DNA of 64,000 nt from Aequorivita sp. (GTDB lineage: Bacteria > Bacteroidota > Bacteroidia > Flavobacteriales > Flavobacteriaceae): contig JBLXCF010000008.1 in NCBI GenBank assembly GCA_048265145.1, positions 67,570 through 131,569 on the forward strand, written 5' to 3'. Made by a program: the position numbers and the translations under genes. Below are positions 1-9,416 of this stretch, piece by piece; the stretch's first letter is position 1; every line of letters begins with the position of its first letter. The notes under the pieces are model-generated. The model made no database searches. It worked only from the letters and a program-made list of their open reading frames with translations, and was not told where the DNA came from.

Positions 1-2
1 TC

Positions 3-2423
3 ACCAATCTTTTTTATATGAATAATGTCTTCCATGATATTATGTATCAATATGGTTTTGATGAAATAAGCGGAAATTTCCAGGAGAACAATTATGGCAA
101 CGGCGGAAATGGCAGCGATTCCGTGAATGCAGAAGCCCAGGACGGCTCTGGAACTTGCAACGCCAACTTCGGCACTCCTCCCGATGGAAGCAACCCAACC
201 ATGCAAATGTATATCTGTAGTGATAAAGATGGCGATTTTGACAACCTTGTTATAATGCACGAATATGGGCACGGGGTTTCAAACCGTCTGACCGGTGGGC
301 CTGCCGCTTCAAGTTGTTTGCAGAACCAAGAACAAATGGGAGAAGGTTGGAGCGACTTTTTCGGCGTAATCCTAACAATCGAGCCGGGGGACGTTGGCAC
401 AGACGCCCGCGGAGTTGGTACCTATCTTTTTGGCCAGGGCCAAGGCGGAGCGGGAATTCGCGACTATCCATACAGCACAGATATGGGAGTTAACCCACAA
501 ACGTATGATTTTATAAAAACCGCGGCCGTTCCACACGGGGTAGGATCTGTTTGGGCAGAGATGCTCTGGGAGGTTACTTGGGCCTTGATCGACGAGCACG
601 GTTTTGATCCCAATCCATATAATTTTACTGGTGATGTAAACCAGGATGCCGGAAATATACAGGCTTTGGCATTGGTTACTGAGGGTATGAAACTACAACC
701 ATGCAGTCCAGGTTTTGTGGATGGTCGCGATGCCATTTTTGCCGCCGATCAGGCACTGTATGGCGGAGCCAATGAATGTTTGCTTTGGGATGCCTTTGCC
801 AAAAGAGGTTTGGGCTACAGTGCGAGCCAAGGTTCTTCCAGCAGCAGAAGCGATGGCACACAAGCATTTGATACGCCTTCACAGACTGCGGCGCTTTCGG
901 TTTTGGAAGAGGTTTGTGCCACTTCAGGCATACAAACTGGCCTGTCCGGCGGAACCCCAAGTGGGGGAACCTACAGTGGTCCAGGCGTAACCGATGATGG
1001 AAACGGCTCTACCTTTAGTTTTGATCCTGCTGTTGCCGGAGTAGGCGTACATACAATTACTTATGATGTACCTGCGGGCCCCTGCTCCGTTGCATCTTCG
1101 GCAACCGATACTATTGAGGTTTTAGCTGTGCCTGATGGACCTACTACTACAGGAGTTTCAGACTTTTGTGTGGGCGATCCGGTAACCGTTACCGCTACGC
1201 TGAATGATCCAAACAATGTAATACGTTGGTTTGATGCCCCTACAGGAGGTAACTTCCTTTTTGAGGGTACATCCTATACATTTACACCCACCGGTACCAC
1301 AAATGTATATGCACAAGAAAGTGCTCCGGGCCCGCTGTCACAGCTTGTAATTTCTGAAATAAACTTGGAAACCCCAGATAGATTTGAAATTCAGAACGTG
1401 GGAGTGGCCACAGATTATACAGGTTATAAGGTGGCCGTTAGCGACACTCCCTATTCCAATATAAATACCGTAAACAGCATTATTAAAACCCTTGGTAATA
1501 TGCCTGCGAACAGCGTTGTGGATTGGAATGATGACGGCGGTTCAGGATATTGGGGCAACAACCTTTTCTGGGACAACAGCGGCTCGGGATGGATCGTTAT
1601 TATAGATCCAAACGGAAATGTTGTAGATTCTGTGTTCTGGAACTTTAGCGCTGGAGATATTTCAGGATTTAATGTCAATATTTCCGGATTTAACATTACC
1701 GCCGCAGATTTGGATTGGTCCGGAACCGGCGCATCCTTGACCGCTGAGTGTGGTTCCACTTCATTTAGAAGAGTGGGTGATACCAATGGAGCTGCAGATT
1801 GGGCCGATGTATGTCAACCATCCGATTTCGGTACGCCGAATAGTGATATAAATCTTGGTGCCTCGGGTTGTCCGGGCGAGCGAACCTTAACCGAAGTTGT
1901 TGCAGAAACTGAAAATCCGGTTATTACTTGTCCTGCGGACGTTACAGTTTTTGTTCCTGCCGGTGAGCAATATACACTTCCCGACTATACGGGTGATGCT
2001 ACCGCAACCGATAACTGTAACCCAGATCCTGTAATCACACAATCGCCAGCCCCTGGAACTATGGTCGGAATAGGCGTAACCACCATGACGATGACTGCTA
2101 CAGATGCCGCAGGCAATGAAGACAGCTGTACCTTCACGGTAACGGTAGATGTTTTGGTGGGAATAGAAGATGCTAATTTTGCGAATAATCTGCTATTGTA
2201 TCCAAACCCTACCAACGGCGCCATTACCCTGAAAAACAATACCGCTGCGGTATTAGATTCTATGGTGATAACCGATGTGAAGGGAAGAATTATTAAGAAT
2301 ATCACTCTTACCGAAATGGGTTCCGAGGCAGTCTTCTCTATAAATGATCTTGCAACAGGTCTATACTTTGTGAGGATTAATGCTCAGAATGCCAGCGTTG
2401 TGAAGCGCATTGTGAAGCTTTAG
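3..2423 (+). CDS. M36 (fungalysin) metallopeptidase with Ig-like/LTD-like/HYR domains and T9SS type A sorting domain; 5'-partial
   Basis: HEYGH zinc motif and EGWSD. The frame is open to the window edge (TNLFYMNN). HYR-like PVITCPADVTV repeat. C-terminal LYPNP...GLYFVRI...KRIVKL. Confidence 0.9.
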   Translation, partial: TNLFYMNNVFHDIMYQYGFDEISGNFQENNYGNGGNGSDSVNAEAQDGSGTCNANFGTPPDGSNPTMQMYICSDKDGDFDNLVIMHEYGHGVSNRLTGGPAASSCLQNQEQMGEGWSDFFGVILTIEPGDVGTDARGVGTYLFGQGQGGAGIRDYPYSTDMGVNPQTYDFIKTAAVPHGVGSVWAEMLWEVTWALIDEHGFDPNPYNFTGDVNQDAGNIQALALVTEGMKLQPCSPGFVDGRDAIFAADQALYGGANECLLWDAFAKRGLGYSASQGSSSSRSDGTQAFDTPSQTAALSVLEEVCATSGIQTGLSGGTPSGGTYSGPGVTDDGNGSTFSFDPAVAGVGVHTITYDVPAGPCSVASSATDTIEVLAVPDGPTTTGVSDFCVGDPVTVTATLNDPNNVIRWFDAPTGGNFLFEGTSYTFTPTGTTNVYAQESAPGPLSQLVISEINLETPDRFEIQNVGVATDYTGYKVAVSDTPYSNINTVNSIIKTLGNMPANSVVDWNDDGGSGYWGNNLFWDNSGSGWIVIIDPNGNVVDSVFWNFSAGDISGFNVNISGFNITAADLDWSGTGASLTAECGSTSFRRVGDTNGAADWADVCQPSDFGTPNSDINLGASGCPGERTLTEVVAETENPVITCPADVTVFVPAGEQYTLPDYTGDATATDNCNPDPVITQSPAPGTMVGIGVTTMTMTATDAAGNEDSCTFTVTVDVLVGIEDANFANNLLLYPNPTNGAITLKNNTAAVLDSMVITDVKGRIIKNITLTEMGSEAVFSINDLATGLYFVRINAQNASVVKRIVKL

Positions 2424-2447
2424 TTTCTAATGGATTAATTTTTAAGG

Positions 2448-2479
2448 CCCGCGCCAATTTTTTTGGCGCGGGTTTTTTT
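2448..2479 (+). terminator. Intrinsic terminator
   Basis: CCCGCGCCAA/TTGGCGCGGG stem followed by a T-run, just after the M36 stop. Confidence 0.85.
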
Positions 2480-2495
2480 ACGTCTTCCTTTTGAA

Positions 2496-2503
2496 TAACT
2501 TTG
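2496..2503 (+). promoter_or_regulatory. Bacteroidota -7 promoter element (TAACTTTG)
   Basis: Exact TAnnTTTG 5 nt before the ATG at 2508. Confidence 0.7.
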
Positions 2504-2507
2504 GCAA

Positions 2508-3050
2508 ATGAAAAAAATCCTCTGTTTCGCGGGAAGCAATAGCAGTTCTTCCCTTAACCATAAATTGATCCGTTTCGCTGCCTCGCAAATTAGCGGGCAT
2601 CAGGTGTCCATCCTTAAACTTACCGATTTTGAATTGCCGCTGTTCAGCGAGGATCTTGAACGGGAAAATGGCTATTCCGTCAATTTAAGAATGCTTCACA
2701 ATAAAATCAAGGAAGCCGATGGGCTGGTCATTTCCGTTAATGAACACAACCGGACGGTTTCGGCTTATTTTAAAAACACATTGGATTGGCTTTCCAGGCT
2801 CGATTATCAATTTTTGGAAGGAAAGAAAATTTTATTGATGAGCACTTCAAACGGAAAGCGCGGTGCGGCATCCGCTTTGGAATATGCAAAAATGGTGCTT
2901 CCAAGATTTGGGGGCATTGTGGTGGAAAGTTTCAGTTTTCCCTCTTTTTCGGAAAATTTTTCTGAAGAATCCAATTCAATTTCCAACGAATTGCTTTTGC
3001 TTGGTTTCACCGACGTTATCCAAAACTTTGTCCATCAACTTGAAAAATGA
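2508..3050 (+). CDS. NADPH-dependent FMN reductase
   Basis: FAGSNSSSS, LPLFSEDLE, EHNR..SAYFKN..DWLSR and STSNGKRG motifs. Confidence 0.9.
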   Translation: MKKILCFAGSNSSSSLNHKLIRFAASQISGHQVSILKLTDFELPLFSEDLERENGYSVNLRMLHNKIKEADGLVISVNEHNRTVSAYFKNTLDWLSRLDYQFLEGKKILLMSTSNGKRGAASALEYAKMVLPRFGGIVVESFSFPSFSENFSEESNSISNELLLLGFTDVIQNFVHQLEK

Positions 3051-4348
3051 TGCGCTCCGTAAAGAAATATCAATATTCTTTAACCGACGAATCAAAAAAG
3101 CAATTTCTACTTTGGGCCCAGCAGTTTGACGAAGTTACTTGGCTGGACAGTAATTGCCATTCCCAAAAATATCAATCCTTTGAGGCAATTTTGGCCGTAG
3201 ATGCTTTCACTGCCTTAAGAACCGATACCCACGGCGCATTCGAAAAATTAAATGAATACCAAACTTCGATCGAGGATTGGCTGTTTGGATATCTTTCATA
3301 CGATTTAAAAAATGATTTGGAGCAGCTTCAATCCAACAATTTTGACGGGTTGGGCTTTCCGGATTTATACTTTTTCCAACCAAAGAAAATTTTTATCTTT
3401 CTTCCAGATGCGGTGGAACTTCATTATTTAAACGTAGTAGCGGACGAAATGGATCGAGATTGGAAGGAAATCCTCGAGACTCCGACGGTGGCCGATGCCT
3501 TCAGAAATTTTTCACCTTTGAAAATTTGCGCTCGCACCTCAAAAGAGGCGTATTTTAAAAAGGTGAATCTTACCTTGGATCATATTCGGCGCGGCGATAT
3601 TTACGAAGCAAACATTTGTCAGGAATTTTATGCGGAAAAAGCACAAATTGACCCTTTGAGCACTTTTTTAAATCTTAATCAAATTTCACGGTCCCCCTTT
3701 TCCGTATTTTTAAAACTTCGGGATTTTTTTGCCCTCTCGGCGTCACCGGAACGTTATTTAAAAAAAACAGGGAATAAGCTCATTTCCCAACCAATAAAAG
3801 GTACCGCCAGACGCTTAAGCAATAGAAAAGCCGATCTGCAAGCGGCGCAACGGCTTAAAAACGACCCCAAAGAACGCAGTGAAAATATTATGATAACCGA
3901 TCTGGTTCGTAATGATCTTTCCCGTTTGGCGGAACAGGGAAGCGTTTTGGTGGAGGAGCTTTGCGAAATCTATTCCTTTCGGCAAGTGCATCAATTAATT
4001 TCAACCATTTCCTGCCGGATGCGCTCTAATTTTTCAAACGTAGAAGCCTTAAAAAAATGCTATCCCATGGGCAGTATGACGGGTGCCCCAAAAATTTCTG
4101 CTATGAAAATCATTGAAGAAATTGAAGATGCCAAACGGGGACTGTATAGCGGAGCAATTGGCTATTTTTCGCCCGCAGGCAATTTTGATTTTAATGTGGT
4201 GATCCGAAGTATTCTATATAGTGCTTCAAACAACTATGTTAGTTTTTCGGTGGGAGGTGCCATTACCGTCAATTCTACTCCCGAGCAGGAATATGAGGAA
4301 TGTTTGGTGAAAGCTGCGGCCATGCGCCGGGTTCTGGAGCATTTTTAG
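3047..4348 (+). CDS. pabB: Aminodeoxychorismate synthase component I (chorismate-binding)
   Basis: GDIYEANICQ, SPERY, PIKGT, ENIMITDLVRNDL, GSMTGAPKI and FNVVIRS motifs. Confidence 0.85.
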   Translation: MMRSVKKYQYSLTDESKKQFLLWAQQFDEVTWLDSNCHSQKYQSFEAILAVDAFTALRTDTHGAFEKLNEYQTSIEDWLFGYLSYDLKNDLEQLQSNNFDGLGFPDLYFFQPKKIFIFLPDAVELHYLNVVADEMDRDWKEILETPTVADAFRNFSPLKICARTSKEAYFKKVNLTLDHIRRGDIYEANICQEFYAEKAQIDPLSTFLNLNQISRSPFSVFLKLRDFFALSASPERYLKKTGNKLISQPIKGTARRLSNRKADLQAAQRLKNDPKERSENIMITDLVRNDLSRLAEQGSVLVEELCEIYSFRQVHQLISTISCRMRSNFSNVEALKKCYPMGSMTGAPKISAMKIIEEIEDAKRGLYSGAIGYFSPAGNFDFNVVIRSILYSASNNYVSFSVGGAITVNSTPEQEYEECLVKAAAMRRVLEHF

Positions 4349-4360
4349 CCTTTCCCTTTT

Positions 4361-4438
4361 TATTAGTTTTTTAGCTTATAAAATGTGTTTATTAGTTTTT
4401 AAACTTATAAATAGGTAGTATTAGTTCAAAAGCTAATA
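4361..4438. promoter_or_regulatory. Three phased imperfect palindromes TATTAG-N8-CT(T/A)ATA
   Basis: Copies start at 4361, 4390 and 4419 (29-bp period), directly upstream of a TAAATTTG -7 element (4445-4452) and the SatD gene. Confidence 0.7.
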
Positions 4439-4468
4439 ATTTCATAAATTTGAAAAAATGCTATTCCA

Positions 4469-5152
4469 ATGTATTCTGTAATTTCCGGTGATATAATTTC
4501 CTCAACAAGTTTAAGGTTGGAAGATAAAAAATTTGTAGAGGAAAACTTGAAATCCATGTTGGCCGATTTGCAAAGGGAATTCAATGTATTCGGCCGCATC
4601 CTGAAGGGCGATTATTTGGAATGTGTGGTGCCCGAGCCCAAAGAGGGCCTGCAGGTGGCATTGGCTATCAAAAGTTTTGTAAAGGCAATTCCTATAGCAA
4701 CCAAAAAATATGAAACCAACGACAACCGACTAAAGCAATTCAAGACCCACGGAATACGGTTGGCAATAGGCTATGGTCCGTTGAGCCGATATGAGCCCGA
4801 GGAAGGAATAATTGATGGAGAGGCCATCTATTTTTCAGGCCGCGAAATTAGTGGCGAATCAACTTACAACAAAGAGCGTATCGTAATAAAAAACACCTTG
4901 TTTTTTGCTTCCAATAACGAAGATTTGAACGAACGCTTAAAACCCTTACTAGCGCTTTTGGATGTTTTGTTGAGCAAGGCAACCGCGCGCCAATGTGAGG
5001 TTCTGTATCAAAAATTATTGAATAATTCGGAAGAGAATATCGCCCAAAGCCTCAATATTGGCCAATCCGCCGTCAACCAACATTCCACAAGCGTAGGCTG
5101 GAATGCCATTGATGAAGCCGTAGGCTATTTCAAAAAAATAATTTCAACCTAA
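4469..5152 (+). CDS. SatD-family protein (nucleotidyl-cyclase-like fold plus C-terminal HTH)
   Basis: ISGDIISS, KGD, IRLAIGYG and DGEAIYFSGR motifs; C-terminal EENIAQSLNIGQSAVNQH helix-turn-helix. Confidence 0.75.
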   Translation: MYSVISGDIISSTSLRLEDKKFVEENLKSMLADLQREFNVFGRILKGDYLECVVPEPKEGLQVALAIKSFVKAIPIATKKYETNDNRLKQFKTHGIRLAIGYGPLSRYEPEEGIIDGEAIYFSGREISGESTYNKERIVIKNTLFFASNNEDLNERLKPLLALLDVLLSKATARQCEVLYQKLLNNSEENIAQSLNIGQSAVNQHSTSVGWNAIDEAVGYFKKIIST

Positions 5153-5153
5153 A

Positions 5154-5861
5154 ATGATGGGGTTAAAGGAATTTTTGCTGCTTCAATTCATTGCCCACCT
5201 TTGCCTGGATTATTTTTTCCAGACCGATGGGTTGGCCAAACAAAAAAACAGTATAGGCTTCAAAAGCTCGTTTTTGTATTGGCACGGATTGGCGTGTTTT
5301 TTCCTTTCATGGCTGTTTTCCTTACAGATAAATTTTGCATTGGGTGCCGCCGTAATAGCCTTTTCACATTTTATAATGGATGGCCTGAAACGCCATTTGA
5401 ACAATAGCAAACATGTTGGCCGGTATGCCTTTTTTATTGACCAAGCAATCCATTTAACAACAATCTTTGTAGTGGTTTTTTTGTTCCAGCAATGGAATGG
5501 CATCAATCCATCTCTGGATGTTCCAATAAATTTTAAATACCTCTTGGTGGTTGCTGGATACTTGGTGTGCCTGAAACCCGCGAATATTTTTATCAGGGAA
5601 GTTTTTAAGGCCACACAAATCCAGGTAAGCAGCGACAATGAAATGCCCAATGCCGGAAAGGTAATAGGCATTCTGGAGCGCATTTTGACTTTAACCCTGA
5701 TTATCGTTTCACAGTATTCGGCCGTTGGATTTTTGATAGCCGCAAAATCCATTTTGCGCTATGGCAATAACGAAACACTAAAAACAGAATATGTGCTGAT
5801 TGGCACCATGCTCAGTTTCGGAATTGCAGTAATTGCGGGAATTATTATAAATTTTTTCTAA
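5154..5861 (+). CDS. DUF3307 family membrane protein
   Basis: AHLCLDYFFQ, SHFIMD, DQAIH, GILER, AAKSILRY and EYVLIGT motifs; several TM segments; starts 1 nt after the SatD stop. Confidence 0.8.
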   Translation: MMGLKEFLLLQFIAHLCLDYFFQTDGLAKQKNSIGFKSSFLYWHGLACFFLSWLFSLQINFALGAAVIAFSHFIMDGLKRHLNNSKHVGRYAFFIDQAIHLTTIFVVVFLFQQWNGINPSLDVPINFKYLLVVAGYLVCLKPANIFIREVFKATQIQVSSDNEMPNAGKVIGILERILTLTLIIVSQYSAVGFLIAAKSILRYGNNETLKTEYVLIGTMLSFGIAVIAGIIINFF

Positions 5862-5870
5862 ACTATCAGT

Positions 5871-7184
5871 TTGTTATCCAATTTCAAAAGAAATATTGAA
5901 AGTCACTTTCCTTTTTTATTGGGAAAAAAAGTACTGGTCGCCTGCAGCGGCGGACTGGACAGCGTGGTCCTTACCCAGTTGATGCATGCACTCAATTTTG
6001 AAATGGCCGTGGCCCATTGTAATTTTTCGCTTCGCGGGAAGGAAAGTGATGGCGACGAAATATTTGTAATAGAATTGGCAAAAAAAATGGCAATCCCCGT
6101 ATTCACCGAAACTTTTGACACTGCCCAATTTGCTGCTGCCCACGGCCTTTCCGTCCAAATGGCCGCCCGTGAACTTCGCTATACTTGGTTTGCGCAGATT
6201 TTGAACGATTTTAATTTTGATTATCTGCTAACCGCCCACCATGCAGATGATGATCTGGAAACATTTTTCATCAATCTTTCGCGTGGCACCGGGCTGAAAG
6301 GTCTCGTTGGCATTCCACAAATAAATGGGAATACGGTCCGGCCACTATTGAATTTTTCTCGACAAGAAATCTTGCAACATGCTCAAAAATCCCAACTAAA
6401 ATGGCGAGAGGACAGCACCAATGAGAAAGGGGATTATCTTAGAAACTCGTTGCGACTGGAGGTCTTGCCCAAATTTAAGAAGCATACGGATTCGCTGCTG
6501 AAAAATTTTAAAAGCACAAAACGAAATCTTTCGCAGACCCAACATCTTTTGGAAGACTATATGGCAATTGTTTTCAAAATGGTTGTCACCGAAACGCCGA
6601 ATTCATATAAAATCGACGTTCAGAAAATAAAAAGTTTGCCACACACCGAGGCATTACTCTATGAATTGTTGCACGGCTTTGGTTTTACGGAATGGAATGA
6701 TGTTTTGGGTTTATTGGATGCGCAAACCGGAAAAAAACTTTTATCCAAAACCCATCAACTGTTGAAAAACCGCAATTTTTTGGAATTAAGCAAATTAAAG
6801 CAGGAAGCTCCTTTTGAGGAATTTATAGTTTCAAGAGTAGGATTGCAATTTCCCATTAATCTAAAAATAGAATCGGCAAAATACATAGGCGAAACCGAAA
6901 AAAATACAATATTTACAGATGCCAAAACATTGAAATTTCCCTTAAAGCTTCGAAGATGGAAAGAAGGCGATCGTTTTCAACCTTTTGGAATGACGGGGAA
7001 GAAAAAAATAAGCAAATTTTTTAAGGATGAAAAATTCTCAATTATTGAAAAATCCGAAGTTTGGTTATTGTTGAGTCAGGGTGAAATTGTTTGGGTGGTT
7101 GGCCACAGAATGGACGACCGCTTTAAAGTGGGCGCAAACACAGAACAAATATTAAAATTTAGTGTAGCGCCGGACCCAACATAA
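5871..7184 (+). CDS. tilS: tRNA(Ile)-lysidine synthetase
   Basis: ACSGGLDS PP-loop, AARELRY, TAHHADD; TTG start. Confidence 0.95.
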   Translation: MLSNFKRNIESHFPFLLGKKVLVACSGGLDSVVLTQLMHALNFEMAVAHCNFSLRGKESDGDEIFVIELAKKMAIPVFTETFDTAQFAAAHGLSVQMAARELRYTWFAQILNDFNFDYLLTAHHADDDLETFFINLSRGTGLKGLVGIPQINGNTVRPLLNFSRQEILQHAQKSQLKWREDSTNEKGDYLRNSLRLEVLPKFKKHTDSLLKNFKSTKRNLSQTQHLLEDYMAIVFKMVVTETPNSYKIDVQKIKSLPHTEALLYELLHGFGFTEWNDVLGLLDAQTGKKLLSKTHQLLKNRNFLELSKLKQEAPFEEFIVSRVGLQFPINLKIESAKYIGETEKNTIFTDAKTLKFPLKLRRWKEGDRFQPFGMTGKKKISKFFKDEKFSIIEKSEVWLLLSQGEIVWVVGHRMDDRFKVGANTEQILKFSVAPDPT

Positions 7185-7186
7185 AC

Positions 7187-7215
7187 AAGAATCCCGACCA
7201 AAGGCCGGGATTCTT
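7187..7215. terminator. Intrinsic terminator, possibly bidirectional
   Basis: AAGAATCCCG/CGGGATTCTT stem right after tilS. Confidence 0.75.
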
Positions 7216-7415
7216 TAACAAACCTAACTTAGTAAACTTTAAAGCGCACTAAGAATATTTTCTATCCCCACAAAAAATATTGCTTTGTGCATTATCCACT
7301 AATTCTATGACCCAAATATATATCAGTTTCAAAGTTTTCGCAATACGTACATACACGTATTTTTTTATGATGGAAATCATTTTGAAATGCGAACAATAAT
7401 AGTATCTTTCAATTT

Positions 7416-8399
7416 ATGAATAAACCGCAGAATATTGGTGTCCTTACCAGTGGGGGCGACGCTCCTGGAATGAATGCCGCAATTAGAGCAGTAGTTAGGG
7501 CCTGTGCCTACAACCAACTTCAATGTACAGGTGTTTATAGAGGTTTTCAGGGCTTAATTGAGGGCGATTTTAAGCCCTTGGACCCAAGATCGGTAAAAAA
7601 TTTGATTAACCGCGGCGGAACCTTTCTAAAATCTGCCCGATCTGAAGAATTTAGAAACCGGGCAGGCCGTAAAAAGGCTTTTGAAAATCTGAGTAACCAA
7701 AATATTGATGCCTTAATAGTTATTGGTGGCGATGGTACGTTTGCCGGAGCGTCGGTCTTTACAAAAGAGTTTCACTTTCCCATCGTTGGCCTTCCAGGAA
7801 CTATTGACAATGATATTAATGGCACCGATTACACCATTGGTTATGATACTGCTCTGAATACGGTCGTGGAGGCGATTGATAAAATCCGCGATACGGCCAA
7901 TTCCCACAATCGGCTGTTCTTGGTGGAGGTAATGGGGCGCGACGCCGGCGACATTGCCCTAAATGCAGGAATAGGTGCAGGAGCAGAGGAAATATTGATT
8001 CCGGAACAAAACATGGGCCGCGAACGGCTCTTGGAATCCTTGGAGCGAAGCAAAAAATCAGGAAAAACTTCCAGTATAGTTGTAATTTCAGAAGGCGACC
8101 AAATTGGAAAGAACATATTTGAATTGGCTAAATACATCGAAGAAAACTTAAAGGAATATGAAGTTCGCGTTACCGTTCTCGGCCATATCCAGCGCGGGGG
8201 CGCCCCCAGTTGTTACGATCGGGTGCTGGCAAGCCGTTTGGGAGTGGGCGCAGTGGATGCGCTATTGCGCGGGCAATCCAACGTTATGATTGGAATAGTG
8301 CACAATAAGGTTACTCCCGTTCCTTTCTCGCAAGCCATTAAAGGCGCCAATGAGATTGATCGCGAATTGATTCGCGTGGCAGATATTATTTCAATTTAA
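7416..8399 (+). CDS. pfkA: 6-phosphofructokinase
   Basis: TSGGDAPGMNA, GGDGT, PGTIDNDI, EVMGR and GHIQRGG motifs. Confidence 0.97.
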   Translation: MNKPQNIGVLTSGGDAPGMNAAIRAVVRACAYNQLQCTGVYRGFQGLIEGDFKPLDPRSVKNLINRGGTFLKSARSEEFRNRAGRKKAFENLSNQNIDALIVIGGDGTFAGASVFTKEFHFPIVGLPGTIDNDINGTDYTIGYDTALNTVVEAIDKIRDTANSHNRLFLVEVMGRDAGDIALNAGIGAGAEEILIPEQNMGRERLLESLERSKKSGKTSSIVVISEGDQIGKNIFELAKYIEENLKEYEVRVTVLGHIQRGGAPSCYDRVLASRLGVGAVDALLRGQSNVMIGIVHNKVTPVPFSQAIKGANEIDRELIRVADIISI

Positions 8400-8414
8400 A
8401 AAATTAAAAAATAA

Positions 8415-9413
8415 ATGAAAACGAAAATAGGAATTAACGGCTTTGGCCGTATAGGTCGAATTGCCTTCAGAATTGCATCACAACGAAATGATTTGGAAAT
8501 TGTGGCCATTAATGATTTGTTGGATGTGGAACACCTCGCCTATTTGCTGGAATATGATTCGGTTCACGGCAAGTTCCCAGGGAAAATCAGCGTTAAAAAT
8601 GGAAAGTTATATGTTGACGAAAAAGAAATTAGGATAACGGCTGAAAAAAATCCAGAAAATCTGGATTGGAAAAGCGTAGCCGCCAAAATCGTTATTGATT
8701 GTACCGGTATTTTTAAAGAAGTGGATTCCGCTTCCGCCCATATAAAAGCGGGAGCGGAGAAAGTGGTTATTTCTGCCCCATCCAAAACCGCTCCAATGTT
8801 TGTAATGGGGGTGAACCATACAGCAATTAAAGCCTCTGACACCATAATTTCAAACGCCTCATGCACTACCAACTGTTTGGCGCCAATGGCAAAAATAATG
8901 CACGATGAATTTGGGATAGTGGAAGCATTGATGACCACGGTGCATTCAGTTACCGCTTCTCAGGCTACGGTCGATCAGCCTTCACGAAAAAACTACCGGT
9001 TGGGAAGAAGTGCCCTAACCAATATTATTCCAACAACCACCGGAGCAGCAGAGGCAGTAACCAAAGTAATTCCGGCGCTAAAGGGCAAGCTTACTGGTAT
9101 GGCCTTCCGGGTGCCCACAACAGATGTATCTGTAGTGGATTTAACCGTGCGGACCGAAAAACCAACCTCCTACAATGAAATTAAGGCCCTTTTCAAAAAA
9201 GCTTCCCAAACCGACTATAAAGGGATTGTAAATTACACCGAGGCAGCAGTGGTCTCGCAGGATTTCGTTTCTGATCCACATATATGCACATTTGATGCCG
9301 GTGCCGGCATTGCCCTTAATGAGAATTTCTTTAAGTTAGTGGCTTGGTATGACAATGAATTTGGATATTCCGCTAAACTGGTGGAACTGGCCGCCCACGT
9401 TGCAACCCTTTAA
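8415..9413 (+). CDS. gap: Glyceraldehyde-3-phosphate dehydrogenase type I
   Basis: GINGFGRIGR, SNASCTTNCL and WYDNE motifs. Confidence 0.97.
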   Translation: MKTKIGINGFGRIGRIAFRIASQRNDLEIVAINDLLDVEHLAYLLEYDSVHGKFPGKISVKNGKLYVDEKEIRITAEKNPENLDWKSVAAKIVIDCTGIFKEVDSASAHIKAGAEKVVISAPSKTAPMFVMGVNHTAIKASDTIISNASCTTNCLAPMAKIMHDEFGIVEALMTTVHSVTASQATVDQPSRKNYRLGRSALTNIIPTTTGAAEAVTKVIPALKGKLTGMAFRVPTTDVSVVDLTVRTEKPTSYNEIKALFKKASQTDYKGIVNYTEAAVVSQDFVSDPHICTFDAGAGIALNENFFKLVAWYDNEFGYSAKLVELAAHVATL

Positions 9414-9416
9414 ATT

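Noticed and set aside
7239-7292. 17-codon minus-strand ORF (MHKAIFFVGIENILSAL) before the tilS terminator
   Set aside because: Too short, with no promoter evidence; compatible with chance.
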